From: Tubiluchus corallicola
Taxonomy: Eukaryota; Animalia; Priapulida
Length of the DNA: 45,511 nucleotides
NCBI GenBank assembly: GCA_030141605.1
Contig: JAQGDQ010001152.1
Coordinates: 13,646 to 59,156 of the forward strand
Direction: 5' to 3'
Under the pieces are notes generated by a model. That model searched no databases, was not told where the DNA came from, and saw only the letters and a program-made list of their open reading frames with translations. The translations under genes were made by a program, and so were the position numbers. Positions 11,380 to 23,900 of the stretch are shown one piece after another. Within the stretch, counting starts at the first letter, position 1; each line of letters begins with the position of its first letter.

Positions 11380-12883
11380 AAATTTATTTTTATACAACTC
11401 TGGGTGATTCTTGTGTCATTTGCTCGTCGTTTTAGCAATTTTCTATTAGAGCCTGGGCTGCCTGACAGATTCCAGGCAACTCCTGGACTAGTCTCGTGTC
11501 AGGTATTAGTATAGATCTTCATTACTGAATCCGTTGATGCTGTGCAAAAAAATGTATCTAGTAGTTCTTTTCCTTCTAAACACTAAAGGTTGGATATTGG
11601 ATTGACCATTGATAAAGGAAAAAGTATGTGTAACAGCAGTATAGGCCAACACATAATACAAGCATTGAAGATACTTTTAGGCAAATGACTAATCTATTAA
11701 ATGCTAGTTTTATTAAATGCAATTACACCGTAATTGCATACGGTCAAATTCGTTTGAAAGTGGGCTCATTGACTTTCATCATCTTGTTTACACTGTTAAG
11801 AACGGAAAGGTGACTAAATTAAATTAAGCCAGTTAAATTCAGAAGCATGAAAAACTTTGATGCGAAATTATTATTTTAACAAATTACCTAAATGGATGAT
11901 CTGGTCACGCAAGTTAAAGGAACATTCTGTAGATAAATGTTGGGCATAGCAGTTGGAAAACTCTCATTCTTTTTAAATTTAATACGCATACCTTTTACTT
12001 TGGTTCCACTGATATTTACAAAATTTACTCCATATTCTTCGTCATGTTTTTCACATACCTTGAGCATCATTTGTAATGCTCTGCAGGAAGGAGCTAGTAA
12101 ACTTAGGTCATCTGCATATACGAATGCACCATAGTAATCTCCAGCAATATTACAATCATAATATTTTCAAATGCCGGTATTTGCAACAACCCGGTATCAA
12201 TGTATATACTAAATAATGTTGGCGACAAAACTGCACCCTACCTGACACAGTTTCTTACTGTGATGATATCAAATCTATGCCCATTCTATGTGATATATAC
12301 ATTTTGGAATATATACATGTTTAACAAAAATATTAGCCATGGAAATTTTCTGTCTTTCAAAATTGCAATTAACTTCAAACATTTTTCGCTATCAAGTGCT
12401 TGATAGGGTCAAATACTATCCTATCTTATCAAATGTTTGACTCGCATCAAGTAATGCACAATAGGTCTAGTCCCCTATTTCAGTAATACTTGGCTGTCTC
12501 TTTCAGAACAAAACTGCACATTGTAGTTGACATTTTTGGCTTAAAACCGAATCGTAATTCTGAAGTAACAAGTTTATCAGAGTACTTTATAAGTATAATC
12601 CAGTCCAATAATATTTCAACTGCTGAAGCCGGAGCAACACGTCTATAGTTTGAACTATTTGTTACCATTTTTATCTTTAGGCACGGGTTGAACAGCGGCG
12701 GTTCTTGAGCGTACATTGATCAGTAAGCATGATTTAACACCATGTCAAACAACATGCAAATGTACACTAATATTTCATTGGGTGCATAAAGTATATGATC
12801 TGACATGAGCCCTAGAAATCCATCATTTTTTCTGTTTTTGATCGCACATTTTGCATTTACAATGTAATAGTTGTGCATGTATA
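11380..12883 (-). mobile_element. Decayed LINE (CR1/L2-clade-like), reverse-transcriptase part, right side interrupted by the LTR element
   Basis: Minus-strand fragments NYRRVAPAS...RFGFKPKMSTTMC, GVR*GAVLSPTLFSIYID and GAFVYADDLSLLAPSCRALQMMLKVCE, with many stops and frameshifts. Left boundary approximate. Confidence 0.85.
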
Positions 12884-13023
12884 TGTAGTGATTAGGAAAT
12901 AAAATGAGCCGAACTGCAATGTTTTCGTAGTAAAAGATGTGCTCGATTGAGGCACCAGGCAAAGATGAAAGAAATCAAGTTTATCTTGTAATTTTCTATA
13001 TTTTAGCCACAGTAGACACAACA
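12884..13023 (+). repeat. 5' LTR (140 bp)
   Basis: TG...CA termini, followed by the PBS; differs from the 3' LTR by 3 substitutions and 2 single-base indels. Confidence 0.95.
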
Positions 13024-13097
13024 TTGGCGCAGTCGACCAAAAAAGACTGCATCAGGAAAATAATATAGAAATTCGACTAAGTATGATGTGAAATAGC

Positions 13098-16000
13098 ATG
13101 GCGGCCGACCGTCGATTAAACATCGCAGCATTTCAATACGCCACCGACCATTTAGCGCTCGGTAACGCATGGCGAGACTACATCGAAGATATAGAAAGGC
13201 AATTTCGTTACTTCCGTATTATAGAGGCCCAAGATAAGAAAGATGCCTTAATTATATATGGTGGTAAATATATAGCTCGCCTGGAAAAAAGCTTGCAAAC
13301 CCAATACAACCAGAAAATGCTGCAGACCGCAGAGATGTTTACGAGCAGTTGAAACATAAATTGACAGAACATTTCACACCAAGACAAAATAAGCATCATG
13401 GTTGTTATGTCTTTCTCAAAATGAGGCAAGCAGAAGGCGAATCAATAAATTCTTATGCAGCAAGACTGAGAGAGCAAGCAGCCAAATGTGAGTTTGAGCA
13501 AACAGAATCTGACAGAATATTGGAACATATAATTCAAACTGTCAGAAATGAGAACTTGGTGCAAAAGGCCATTAGTAAAACATGGACACTTGAACAATTC
13601 TTGGCAGAAGCAAACACGATCGATGACATACATAAGCAAATGAAAGAAATGAGGGCGCCACATACCAGCATTGCTGCTAAAGTTAGTGCACAATTATATA
13701 AGCACAAGCAAAATCCTCAGCCTACAGGGATAATATGTAGCTACTGTGGACTAGAAAATTCACACGAACCAGGGAAAAATTGCCCAGCCTTTGGGAAGAC
13801 ATGTAAAAAATGCCACAAAAAGAATCACTTTGCCAGTGTTTGCAAAAGTGGTCAGCGTAAACCTTCAGCAAGCAGATATAATACACTAGATAACAAGAAA
13901 CCATGTGGTAATAGACCCAGTAATTATGGACTACTCCGAAAGAAACAAAACAGAAAAAGCTTCGTGCGGAAAGCTGATAAAGAACCACTTAGAAATCAGG
14001 AAATGTCATCCAGCACAAGCAGCGATGAAGAGCATTATATAAATAAAGCAAGTGTTAAAATTCGACAAGCAAAACAAACCAGTGATGCAAAGAAGTGTGT
14101 TGCTATGCAGATTGAAAATGTGCAGTTGTACATGGAACCAGATAGTGGTGCTGATGTAAACATAATGGATGAACATCAGTTTAAGACATTCAAGAAGAGA
14201 GTGGATAAGCAGATACATTTAAAGGCGAGTGATATAAAATTGAACACGTTACAACATAAGTTAGAAGTCAAAGGTGAATTTGAAGCCACAATCTGTATTC
14301 CAACTTGCAGGGTAAAAGCAAAATTTATTGTGATCCATGGTCACATGCAGTCACCACCACTTATATCTAGAAAGACACTCACAGATTTGGGGATGCTGAA
14401 AATAGACCCAAAAGGCGAACTGGCACAACAGAGTGGTCAGCAAAGGAATATGGTTCACAACATTAAAATGGACACAGTTTTGAATCATGATAACCGTAAG
14501 AAGATAGAAAAAATATTAACTGAGCATAGCAGCATATTTGAGGGTATTGGTACAATCAGAGATAAAATAAACGACAGAGAAATTTTTGCACAATTCCATA
14601 TGAAGGAAGATGCAATACCAGTCGCACAGAAGCCGCGTCATGTACCATACTTTCTGCAGGAACCACTCCGGAAATGGTTTGATCAAGGTGCACAAAATGA
14701 CATCTTTGAGAAAGTGCCAGATGATGAACCAATTATGTGGTGTTCTCCATTAGTGGTACAACCTAAGCCAAAATACAGAAAAGAAACAGTTTTAGAACCG
14801 CATATGATTAGAGCTTCGGTAGACATGAGGGTGCCAAACAAAAGCATGGAGAGAAGCCGAATTACCCAAGCACCGGTAGTGGAAGATTTCATATATAAAT
14901 TCCATGATTGTACAGTTTGGTCAAAATTGGATCTCAAGCAGGGATATCATCAGCTCGTGTTGCATCCTGATTCAAGGAACATAGGAACCTTCAGTACCCC
15001 GTGGGGAAATTATCGACCTAAAAGGCTGATCTTTGGGGCAAAAGCGGCTCAAGATGCATTTGATGAAGTTATGCAGCGTATTTTTGCGCCTATACGCAGT
15101 TGTCTGAATCAGAGAGATGACATCTTAATCGGAGGCAAGGATGTGGAAGAACACAATCAAGCATTACAGCAGGTGATAAAACGTGCAAAGGAATTTGGCA
15201 TAACATTCAATAGAGACAAATGCGAATTCGGAAAGTCGGAAATAGAATTTTATGGATATAAATTCAGTGCGTCAGGCCTGAAACCGAGTCCAGAAAAAGT
15301 AGAAGCTATTAAATACTGTAAAGAGCCCGAAGACAAAATAGCAGTTAGAAGTTTCTTGGGAATGACATCTTATTTATCTAAATTCATCCCAAGATATGCA
15401 GCAATTTCGAAACCATTACGTGACTTGACACATAAGAACACTAGGTTTCACTGGGGTTCGAAAGAAAGAAATGCATTCCAGAATTTAAATGATAGCATTA
15501 CAAGTGAAGACACTATTGCATTTTTTGATCCGATGAAGCCAATCATGATGAGAGTAGAAGCAAGTTTTGGTGAAGGCCTAGCAGCGGCACTATTCCAAAA
15601 ACATGAGACAGCATGGAAACCGGTTCATTTCATCTCAAGAGCTCTCACAGATCCTGAAACTAGATATGGTCAGACTGAAAAAGATGCCTTAAGTGTCAAA
15701 TGGGGTAAAGACAGATTCAGAAGTTACTTGATTGGTGCTCCGAGATTTACTATCGTAACAAGCCACAAACCGTTGCTACCAATGTTTAACAAACCAACAG
15801 CAAAAGTGCCACCTCGCATCATGAAGTGGGTTATGGATATGCAAGACGTAGATTTCGAGTTGGTATATGAACCAGGAAAAGATGACAAAGATCCCCTCGA
15901 TTTCTTATCATGCCACCCATTACCAATAAAGGGCAATAGGTCTACTGAGAAAATCATTGCATCAGTCATAGAGAGAAAATATTCTAAGACAATGATCAGT

Positions 16001-17385
16001 CAAATACAGCAAGCTACAGAAGAAGATCCGATACTGACGATGATAGCTGTTACCATTAAAGAAGACAAATGGGAACAAAACAAAAATGAACTGAGTGAAT
16101 ATTATCCTATTAGGCACGAAATATACATAGCAAATGGATTGATATTCAGAATGGAACAGATTATTGTGCCAACAATTTTGCAGACAGACATCATAAAAGA
16201 AGCACACAAGGGACACTTGGGAGCAACCAAGATAAAGCAACGGCTCCGTGAGAAGTATTGGTTTCCACAAATGAACGAGATGGTGGATACTGTCCTGAAA
16301 CATTGTTTCTCTTGTCAAGTTGTCACACAACAACACCGGAAAGAACCAATCAAACCGTCAATCATTCCTGAGAAGCCATGGGAGGTAATATCAGCTGATT
16401 TTGGAGGCCCATATCCTGATGGACATTACAATTTTATTGTAGTTGACAAACGAACAAGATACCCAGAGGTAGAAACTATTCCATCAACGAGTTTTAAGCA
16501 TACAAAGATAAAACTAAAGAAAATGTTTGCACAACATGGTGTACCAGAGAAGCTAGAAACTGACAATGGACCACCATTTAACTCCATTGAATTTAGACAG
16601 TTTGCAGAAGATGAGGGTTTTACTCATCGCCGTATCACACCGCTACACCCAAGAGCCAATGGAGAAGCTGAAAAGTTTATGCAACTAGTAAACAAAACAG
16701 AGAAGATAGCACAGGTAGAAAACCAGGACAGAGAAATCGCAATTTAGACATGCTTACAGTATATCGGGATACACCACATCCCGCAACATGCGTCTCACCT
16801 TACAAAGCATTGAATAATCGAAATGTTAGAACCAATCTATGCTACCAATCGCCAGATGGAGGAAAAGAATACCAGGATGTAGAAATAGATCAGAATGATA
16901 AAGAATATAAGTCCAAAATGAAGAATGTAGGAAGAACCAACAAACATACACTAATGCTAGGAGATTACGTCTTAGTGAAACAGAGGAAAATTAACAAATG
17001 GACACCTCCATTCGAACCAATTTTATACACTATTACAGACATAAAAGGATCCCAAATGACAGCTAGGAGAACCACAGATGGGAAGGAAATCACACGTGAT
17101 GCATCGCATTTTAAACTTGTCAATATGCTAATGAACATGGCAGAGAACATAGTTACAGAAGACAAACGTGAAGAATACATAACACGATTCCAGAAAAAAT
17201 CTGATTTGAACCAACAGCCTATTCACACAGAAGATGGTTGTTCACCGATTGGCGAATCGCATAAACAGTCTAACACCACTTGTGATACCAATGATACTGC
17301 AGAAGAAAGTTCCGTGGAAGGAGTACGGCGATCTAATCGACAGAAACTTCTACCCAGAAAATTTCAAGACTTTGTAATGACGTAA
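13098..17385 (+). pseudogene. gag-pol polyprotein of the LTR element, broken by two 1-bp frameshifts (~13296 and ~16746)
   Basis: ORFs 13098-13352, 13349-16747 and 16750-17385 lie in different frames. Motifs: double zinc knuckle CSYC...CPA..CKKCHKKNHFASVC, protease PDSGA, RT KLDLKQGYHQ and NQRDD, RNase H YGQTEKDAL, integrase H..H..C..C, ADF, ETDNGPPF, NGEAE. Confidence 0.93.
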
Positions 17386-17663
17386 AGTTACAAGATCAAG
17401 ATGAAAAAAGTTTGGTTATCAAATGTTACATGTGAATCAGATTACTCAGTTACATTTATCTACATTGTATTACATTTAATTGAAACAAAAGAATTACAGT
17501 AGCAAACAATTTTTTTGTTATATCAGAATATTTTAAGTAAGCTTAATCCAAGACTGATTTGTATCAGGTTTGAGTTCGATACTATGTTGTTCAAATTCAA
17601 GTTTGAAATTTTGTTTATTGTTACTCATTTTATGTTCTTTTTCTCAAAAAAAATGGGAAGTAA

Positions 17664-17801
17664 TGTAGTGATTAGGAAATAAAATGAGCCGAACTGCGAT
17701 GTTTTCGTAGTAAACGATGTGCTCGATTGAGGCACCAGGCAAAGATGAAAGAAATCAAGTTTATCTTGTAATTTACTATATTTAGCCACAGTAGACACAA
17801 A
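17664..17801 (+). repeat. 3' LTR (138 bp)
   Basis: Direct repeat of 12884-13023, preceded by the PPT and followed by TSD GTATA. Confidence 0.95.
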
Positions 17802-18890
17802 GTATAGTTAGCAGTCTTCAATTTATTCTTCAAATCATTTGGAAATTAAGTTAACTTGCTGTAGTCGTAATGCTGTGTTGTATAATATCTTCAAATTTTT
17901 GAGCAAAATGTTCTACTATATCTTTTGAACCTGATACTGCATTAACGCATGACACTCTAGGCGATTTTGAATCCTTATATTTTTTAGTTTTACTAAAAAG
18001 ATCTCTTTGTCTGTTTCCAAACCTTGCTTTTACCGTCTTTTCATTTTTTAATTTAATTTGGTTTTTCATGGTCTGATGTGCAACATAGTGATATTTTGCT
18101 CTTGCATTTCTCATTACATCAGCGATTACATCAGTTTGGTCTGCCACAACTATCCTAAATACTATGCCATAGCAGTGATTTGTGCTTAGCCTCTTCGCAC
18201 TCATCATTCCACCCAACAATCTATCAAATTCAACGTTTGGGATACCATTTGTCTATACATATTCATATCTGCCTGGGGAGCTTCGTACCATATACTGGTT
18301 TGTTCTCAAATATGGGACTATGATCTTATGTTTTTATGCTGCTGTGATTAACTGATAAACTAGTTAAAATGTCTTCAGAATTATAATACTTTGTCATACA
18401 AAAATGGTTAATCAGTGACGTAGCTAAATTGAACATAATTAACACACGAGAAATCAATGCTATGTCGTTCGTGATTATTTCGTCTTACAAAAGAATGATC
18501 ATCTATAAATGTAAGCAAGGTTTTACCGGTACTTTGTAGGTTACTACAAAAAAATGTTTTCTAATCCCATCCACAAATTACAAGGTCTGAAACCCGCCAA
18601 ATTTATAATATGTGTATCCCTTATTTCGTTTAAATAATAATTAAAAGATTCCACACCACGACTGTTGTTTGCACCTAAGTCACAAGGCATGTAACAGTTT
18701 GCTATAAGTAAGCGTTTATCTCCTATGTTTAAAATTACAGTGCAAACTCTTTTACTATCATAATTAATCACAGTAATATATCTATTGAGGCCAGATTTGT
18801 CTAAAATTGCGCACCCACCATATGGGCGTCCTTTCAAGACATCTCGATTTGTATTCATACTACTTACTGCATGAAAATTACTGCAAAAAT
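17802..18890 (-). mobile_element. Decayed LINE, endonuclease/linker part (5' half of the element at 11380-12883)
   Basis: APE-type motifs LKGRPYGGCAIL and LLIANCYMPCD, and linker MRNARAKYHY. Same strand and correct domain order relative to the RT fragments on the other side of the LTR element. Confidence 0.8.
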
Positions 18891-19039
18891 ATTTAGCAAA
18901 AAGATTACCGCAAATAGATATATATATATATACAGTACTGCAAAAACATTATCAAAAACAGATCTAGATTTAAGGGATGATGCATCGTAGACGGTGACGA
19001 TGGACAGCAATGCATGGCATCAACAGGTGGGTACGTATC

Positions 19040-19121
19040 AGTATGGGTGGCCGAGTGGTTAAGGTAACCAACTGGGTGCTACTCTGCTTATACAGCCCGA
19101 GTTTGAATCTTACGGCCACCT
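19040..19121 (+). mobile_element. tRNA-derived head (Ser/Leu-like) of a probable SINE, or a tRNA pseudogene
   Basis: A box TGGCCGAGTGG followed by TTAAGG, and degenerate B box GAGTTTGAATC; no good anticodon arm. Confidence 0.55.
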
Positions 19122-19527
19122 GTACCGGCGCGAACTGTTGTTATTCGTGTTATTAATTTTCTTATTTGTGGCGTCTCAGTGTTGTTGTATTCGTTAAGAA
19201 TCCATTATAGTATCCTATGGCTAATGTTGTTTGTTGCCCCAGCGACTGTAAGTGCGAGAGACGCCTCTACATGTGAACGTTCCATTGGAGTGATCGAAAT
19301 CACCAGTGCGGTATTTGGGTTCATACGCTCACATGCGTAGTAGCACGACTGCGGTATGTGGTCTAGTCTGGCAAACAGTGCCCAGTCTCAGGATTCTGAC
19401 TACGAACAAAGTTACGGATCCAGTTGACCGTTGGAAAAGTTCAAGTTTGTTTCATTGACCAAAAACAAATCGTTGCGACCATTTCGATGCGATTTGTGTA
19501 CTCTGAAACCACTATCAACGTAGTATA

Positions 19528-19647
19528 TAGTTTTTTGCTGGATTACTGCTATGTTTACCTATCTGAAAGGCAGATTTCTTTTATTCTAGAATTCTGCATG
19601 CCCAATGTTTACAACAGATGTGACGAGTATAATTATGATGATGATGC
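19528..19647 (+). repeat. Dispersed ~120-bp repeat ending in (GAT)n; related copy at 30515-30644 (mirrored at 36907-37036)
   Basis: Shared TAGTTTTTTGCTGGATTACTGCT...TACCT...TGCCCA...TACAA.AGAT...AATTATGATGATGAT. Confidence 0.65.
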
Positions 19648-20279
19648 GTGACTCGTGATGCGTTCATTACAGCAACAGCACATAATCATGTATGATAACA
19701 CCGAGGAAGCGGCTCGTCAACTACACTTTGGCTTGCTTTCGTTCTCGAACGTCATAACACATTGAAACAGACTCCTTTCTGGCCTTTGCCGCTTTCAGTT
19801 TAGAAAGCGAAATGAGTGAAATTGTGCTAAAATTTAAACTCCTAATAAATGAAACGATAATAATAAAATAAATAATTATTGTTGTAAATCGTTATCTATG
19901 TTTGGCAAACAGTGCATATTTTATTCAAAATGTTGCCGGTTCTAGTATTGTAATATTTTAGGCCCTGTTGGAAACCTTATGGATTACATTTTGTAATATT
20001 AATTATTTTAATTTAGCACTTATTATTATTAAATTGATTAAAATGTTAAGAAAACTGACACCTTCAGAAAAAAAACTGAAGCTGCTCTGCATAATTACTT
20101 TACTGGTAAAAACTAACAAATATATTGGCTCTAAAAAGCATGACTCGAGCTTGTGAAAACAGCAATGTTTGATAATAGTGCCGGTTTATCATGTAATTAG
20201 TAGTGTCAGCCCAGAGTACTTTTGAATTAAATCGAACTTGCTGTACACAAAAACCAATTTATACAAATTAAATAAATTT

Positions 20280-20785
20280 ATAAAGGCAATAGTGAGAAAT
20301 CTAGTTACCGCCCTATTAGTATGCTGCCAATCGTAAGTAAAATTTTCTACGTCATACTAAATTTAATGAGCATTTGTTACATTTCTTGGACAATAATGAT
20401 CATCTAGCTATTGTAAAGTACGGCTTTTGCTCTTCTCGCTCCACTACTCATTTTTTTTAATTCCTGAGAACATAAATAAAATTTAGAACTCCAAGACAAC
20501 GGTAGGTTAAAACCTGTGACATCTCAATGCTTTTGACAAGTATGGCACAGAGGTCAACTTCATAGACCTTACTCATATGGCACTATAGGTTGCAATATAT
20601 CTCAGTCATCGCAATTTGCAAGTTTTTATCACGACAGTCTTTATCTGTATATGAAATCCACGATGGTGTTCCTCAAACGCCTGTAACAGCTCCTGTCTTG
20701 TTTCTGCTATTTAGCAACAACCTGCCAGAATTCTCTAAGTTTGTTATCTATGCTGATGGTAATGAATTGTGCTTAAATTTTTATT
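20280..20785 (+). mobile_element. Decayed LINE reverse-transcriptase fragment (CR1/L2-clade-like)
   Basis: KGNSEKSSYRPISMLPIVSKIF at ~20282 and DGVPQTPVTAPVLFLLFSNNLP...IYADG (degenerate GVPQG and YADD motifs). Confidence 0.8.
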
Positions 20786-20955
20786 GAAGCTTCAAATGAA
20801 GTAGTTCATCAAATAAGATTAAAACAATTTTTTTAATTTTATTACGAAAACACGAATGTGTTTTTGTGTGGTCAGTATGTATTACAGTATATACATATAA
20901 TAATTTATAATTATAATTATATAAATTACAACAGTGGTTAAAATAATAACATTTG

Positions 20956-23900
20956 TTAAGTAATATGTACAAAAGCGTGTTGTTGCACTGCAATCTGCTG
21001 TTTTATGGAAACCTCTTGTTTGGAAATATTGTCTTGAGTTATCTCTTCATGGCAAGTGTGCCACAATTTTGCGAGCACACGTTCCATATTTGTGGCATAA
21101 ACTGTGTGTGAAGGTAGAGTGTTTCGAAATACCTGCGAAAAAAGTATTAAAGACTAGTCAGTGCACAAAAATGTAGTAAAAGCATCAGAAACTGTTTAAT
21201 ACTTACAAAATTAATATTGTAATACGAGCAAAATGCCATTTATTCCTCCCCCCTCATTGTAATGGTTTGGTCCATCAAGAAGCCATTACATAACAGTGTT
21301 GGATGCTAGCGGTAAAACCACCACTACAGAATGGGCTGATTGGTTTAACATGCTGAAGAGCAGGTGTGACTATCAACACAGCACTGTTCCACAGAATCAG
21401 GGAGCACACTGGATAAAGTTTTCTGACAAGTTTATTTAATAAAATTTGTCTTTTTTCCTAACTCTCTTTTCTAAATGACTAACAGCCACGCTTGGTAAAT
21501 ATTAGAGTAATTTATTAAATGAATTGCATATTGTGTTAGTGATCAGCAAGTGAAAGGAACTGCTTAGTTTTGTTGTTTCTTATTACTGTGCATGTTCATT
21601 GAGTAAGGAGCAATGATTTGAGAATAAACATCAATGCCAACTAGTAAGCATTTTTAACCGTGTCAAAAGCTGTACTAGGAATTTGCTTTCGTGACAGCAG
21701 ATACTTTATGTGGTAGCTTTGTTTTTCAAATAAAAAATGTTTTTCAAAATATCATGTATGTAAATAAATAAATACATGTACTGTTGTGCTTCACATTAAA
21801 AACATCAGTGAACTCGGAACATGTCACTTTTCACCAGTGGTCCTCAAGTCAAGGCTCTGAAGGGCACAGTGGTGCCTCCATTGAATGAGATACCAATTTT
21901 CTGACAAGTGACCAGTCACCTATCTAATTATTAACTAAGTCTTGTGTTGATTTTCTTTGCAAGCACGCACACACAAGTTGACCACACTGATATTTTCTTC
22001 CCCAGTTATTGCCAAGTTTCAGAAAGTTGAAAAAAAAATTACAATCAATAGCACTTTCAAACCAATTTTAAGGAACGTACAAATTAATAAAAGTTTAGTT
22101 TTGTAGAAACAAGTGAAACCTAACAGAAGCATTTTGTATATTGTCCAACAGTGTGAACTGAAAAAGGAGGTAAAAATGCACGAGGCAGAAATTCCTCTAA
22201 TTGGGATTTGAACCCACAACTTTCACATGCAAATTCTAGTGCGATAACTCACTAGATTATCTCGGTTGCACTAGCTTCACTCGTTTATCAATCACTATAG
22301 TTGAAGCACGACACATGATTTGGGAACGTACGAAAACGCCACAGGAAAAAAGGCACAGTTAAAATGGCACAGGAAAAAATACTACTAAACAGCAACTCTT
22401 ACTGATGAAATGAAGCCAGAAATTTGGTCATGATGGTCATGTTATGAACTTCAAAAAATGTCCATAATCTGACATCCTACCTGTAAGGTGTCCAACAAGT
22501 CATACATATTGATAGGATGATTTGAAGAGGAATAGCTTCTGCCACAAGAAAGATGAAAAGCTGCTTCATCTTCACCCATTTCAACCAAAGGCCTGGCAAC
22601 TGGAACTTGCATTGCTTGCTGGGACACTTCTGCTACTTCACTGAAAACATCAAGTTTCTATTCACACAATGTTTAAAGAAAAATAGTACCGAATCTTATG
22701 CCATAACTAACAACGATCTATGGTCTAATATAATGGGATAAAAGGCAATGTATTGGTTTTTCAGAATGACTTTATTTAAGAATAATTGCCTCAGAAACCC
22801 AATTTATCTGTCTCTCTGAAACAGGCACTGTAAAGATCGGCAGAATAAAAAGCACGGTCATAATTTTGGGACAATTAGGGCTGGAAAATCTTTGTGCGCT
22901 GATGGACATAGTCCGAGGGATACTTTTCCTGGCAGAAAGACACAAACTTTGATGACAAAATATTTTTCCTCAAAATGTTATCGAAAAATTAAAAGTTTTC
23001 TCTCTGCATTAGCAAATTTGCAGAACTGCTCCACACTCTAATATTCATCAAGTTACAATATGATCATTGCTCGAGGTAATAGTTTTTCAATGTGATACTC
23101 AAAATAGGGTACTCAATACTCAAAATAGGTACTGTGTCATACTCAAAAACTTAGCAGCAGCAGCAGAACAGTCAGATGTAATTAGGTGTGCATGTGCATA
23201 ACTGAAACTTGTGGTGATCTTGTTCTATAAATAAGCCTGCTGCTAAGAAAATAAGATATACCGTTACCTAGTTACCAACCAGTACAAGTCACCTGCTAAT
23301 ATCTTACAAACATCATGGAGTAATTACTTTATGACACTCGATACTTGCTTCAGTAGTTAAGCAACATCAGACATAAGAAAAGCCAAGATGAGTGAAATAC
23401 GTTGCAAAATAATTTTCAAGTTGTATCCTAGCAAAGTATAATTCTAAGAAATTTTGAGGAACAGTATCTAACACAAGGAAAAATTATCTTGCTAAGCATC
23501 ACTGTTTTAAATTACTTAACACCATGTGTGCTTAGTATGTATATAGACTACTAATTAACACTATGAGTGAGCATGTAACAATAAGTGAAATAATGTTTGA
23601 AGATAGCAACTGTATTGCCAATGGAAATACATGTAATACATAGAAAATTCTAATAAAAATGATCTCGGCACAGTGAACCAAGACCTTAAGGCATCATGTA
23701 GCTTGCTGGTAATTGTTATTTAAAAATCTTCTTTTAGAAAACATATTCCGCCCAAAAATTGAACAGTTGTTGCTTCCAGACAGCAACTTAAAAAATTAAG
23801 TAATTTTTAAGTAAAAAATTAGGTAATTTTTTAAAGTAAATAAACACTTTTGAAATTTGAACAGTAGTCTATCGCAGCTCAAGTCCTTGGTTCAAGCCTC

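Larger units (their letters stand above)
12884..17801 (+). mobile_element. Full-length Ty3/Gypsy LTR retrotransposon (Mag-like), frameshifted
   Basis: LTRs 12884-13023 and 17664-17801, 5-bp TSD GTATA (12879-12883; 17802-17806), PBS TGGCGCAGTCG at 13025, PPT-like AAAAAAAATGGGAAG before the 3' LTR. Domain order gag-PR-RT-RNaseH-IN. Confidence 0.97.

Noticed and set aside
13290-13352. Programmed gag/pol ribosomal frameshift
   Set aside because: The shift falls early within gag, before the zinc knuckles, and is explained by a 1-bp deletion; gag and pol are otherwise in one frame.
19040-19121. Functional tRNA gene
   Set aside because: The B box is mutated and no proper anticodon or acceptor stem can be formed; the same applies to 22194-22266 and 45288-45360.
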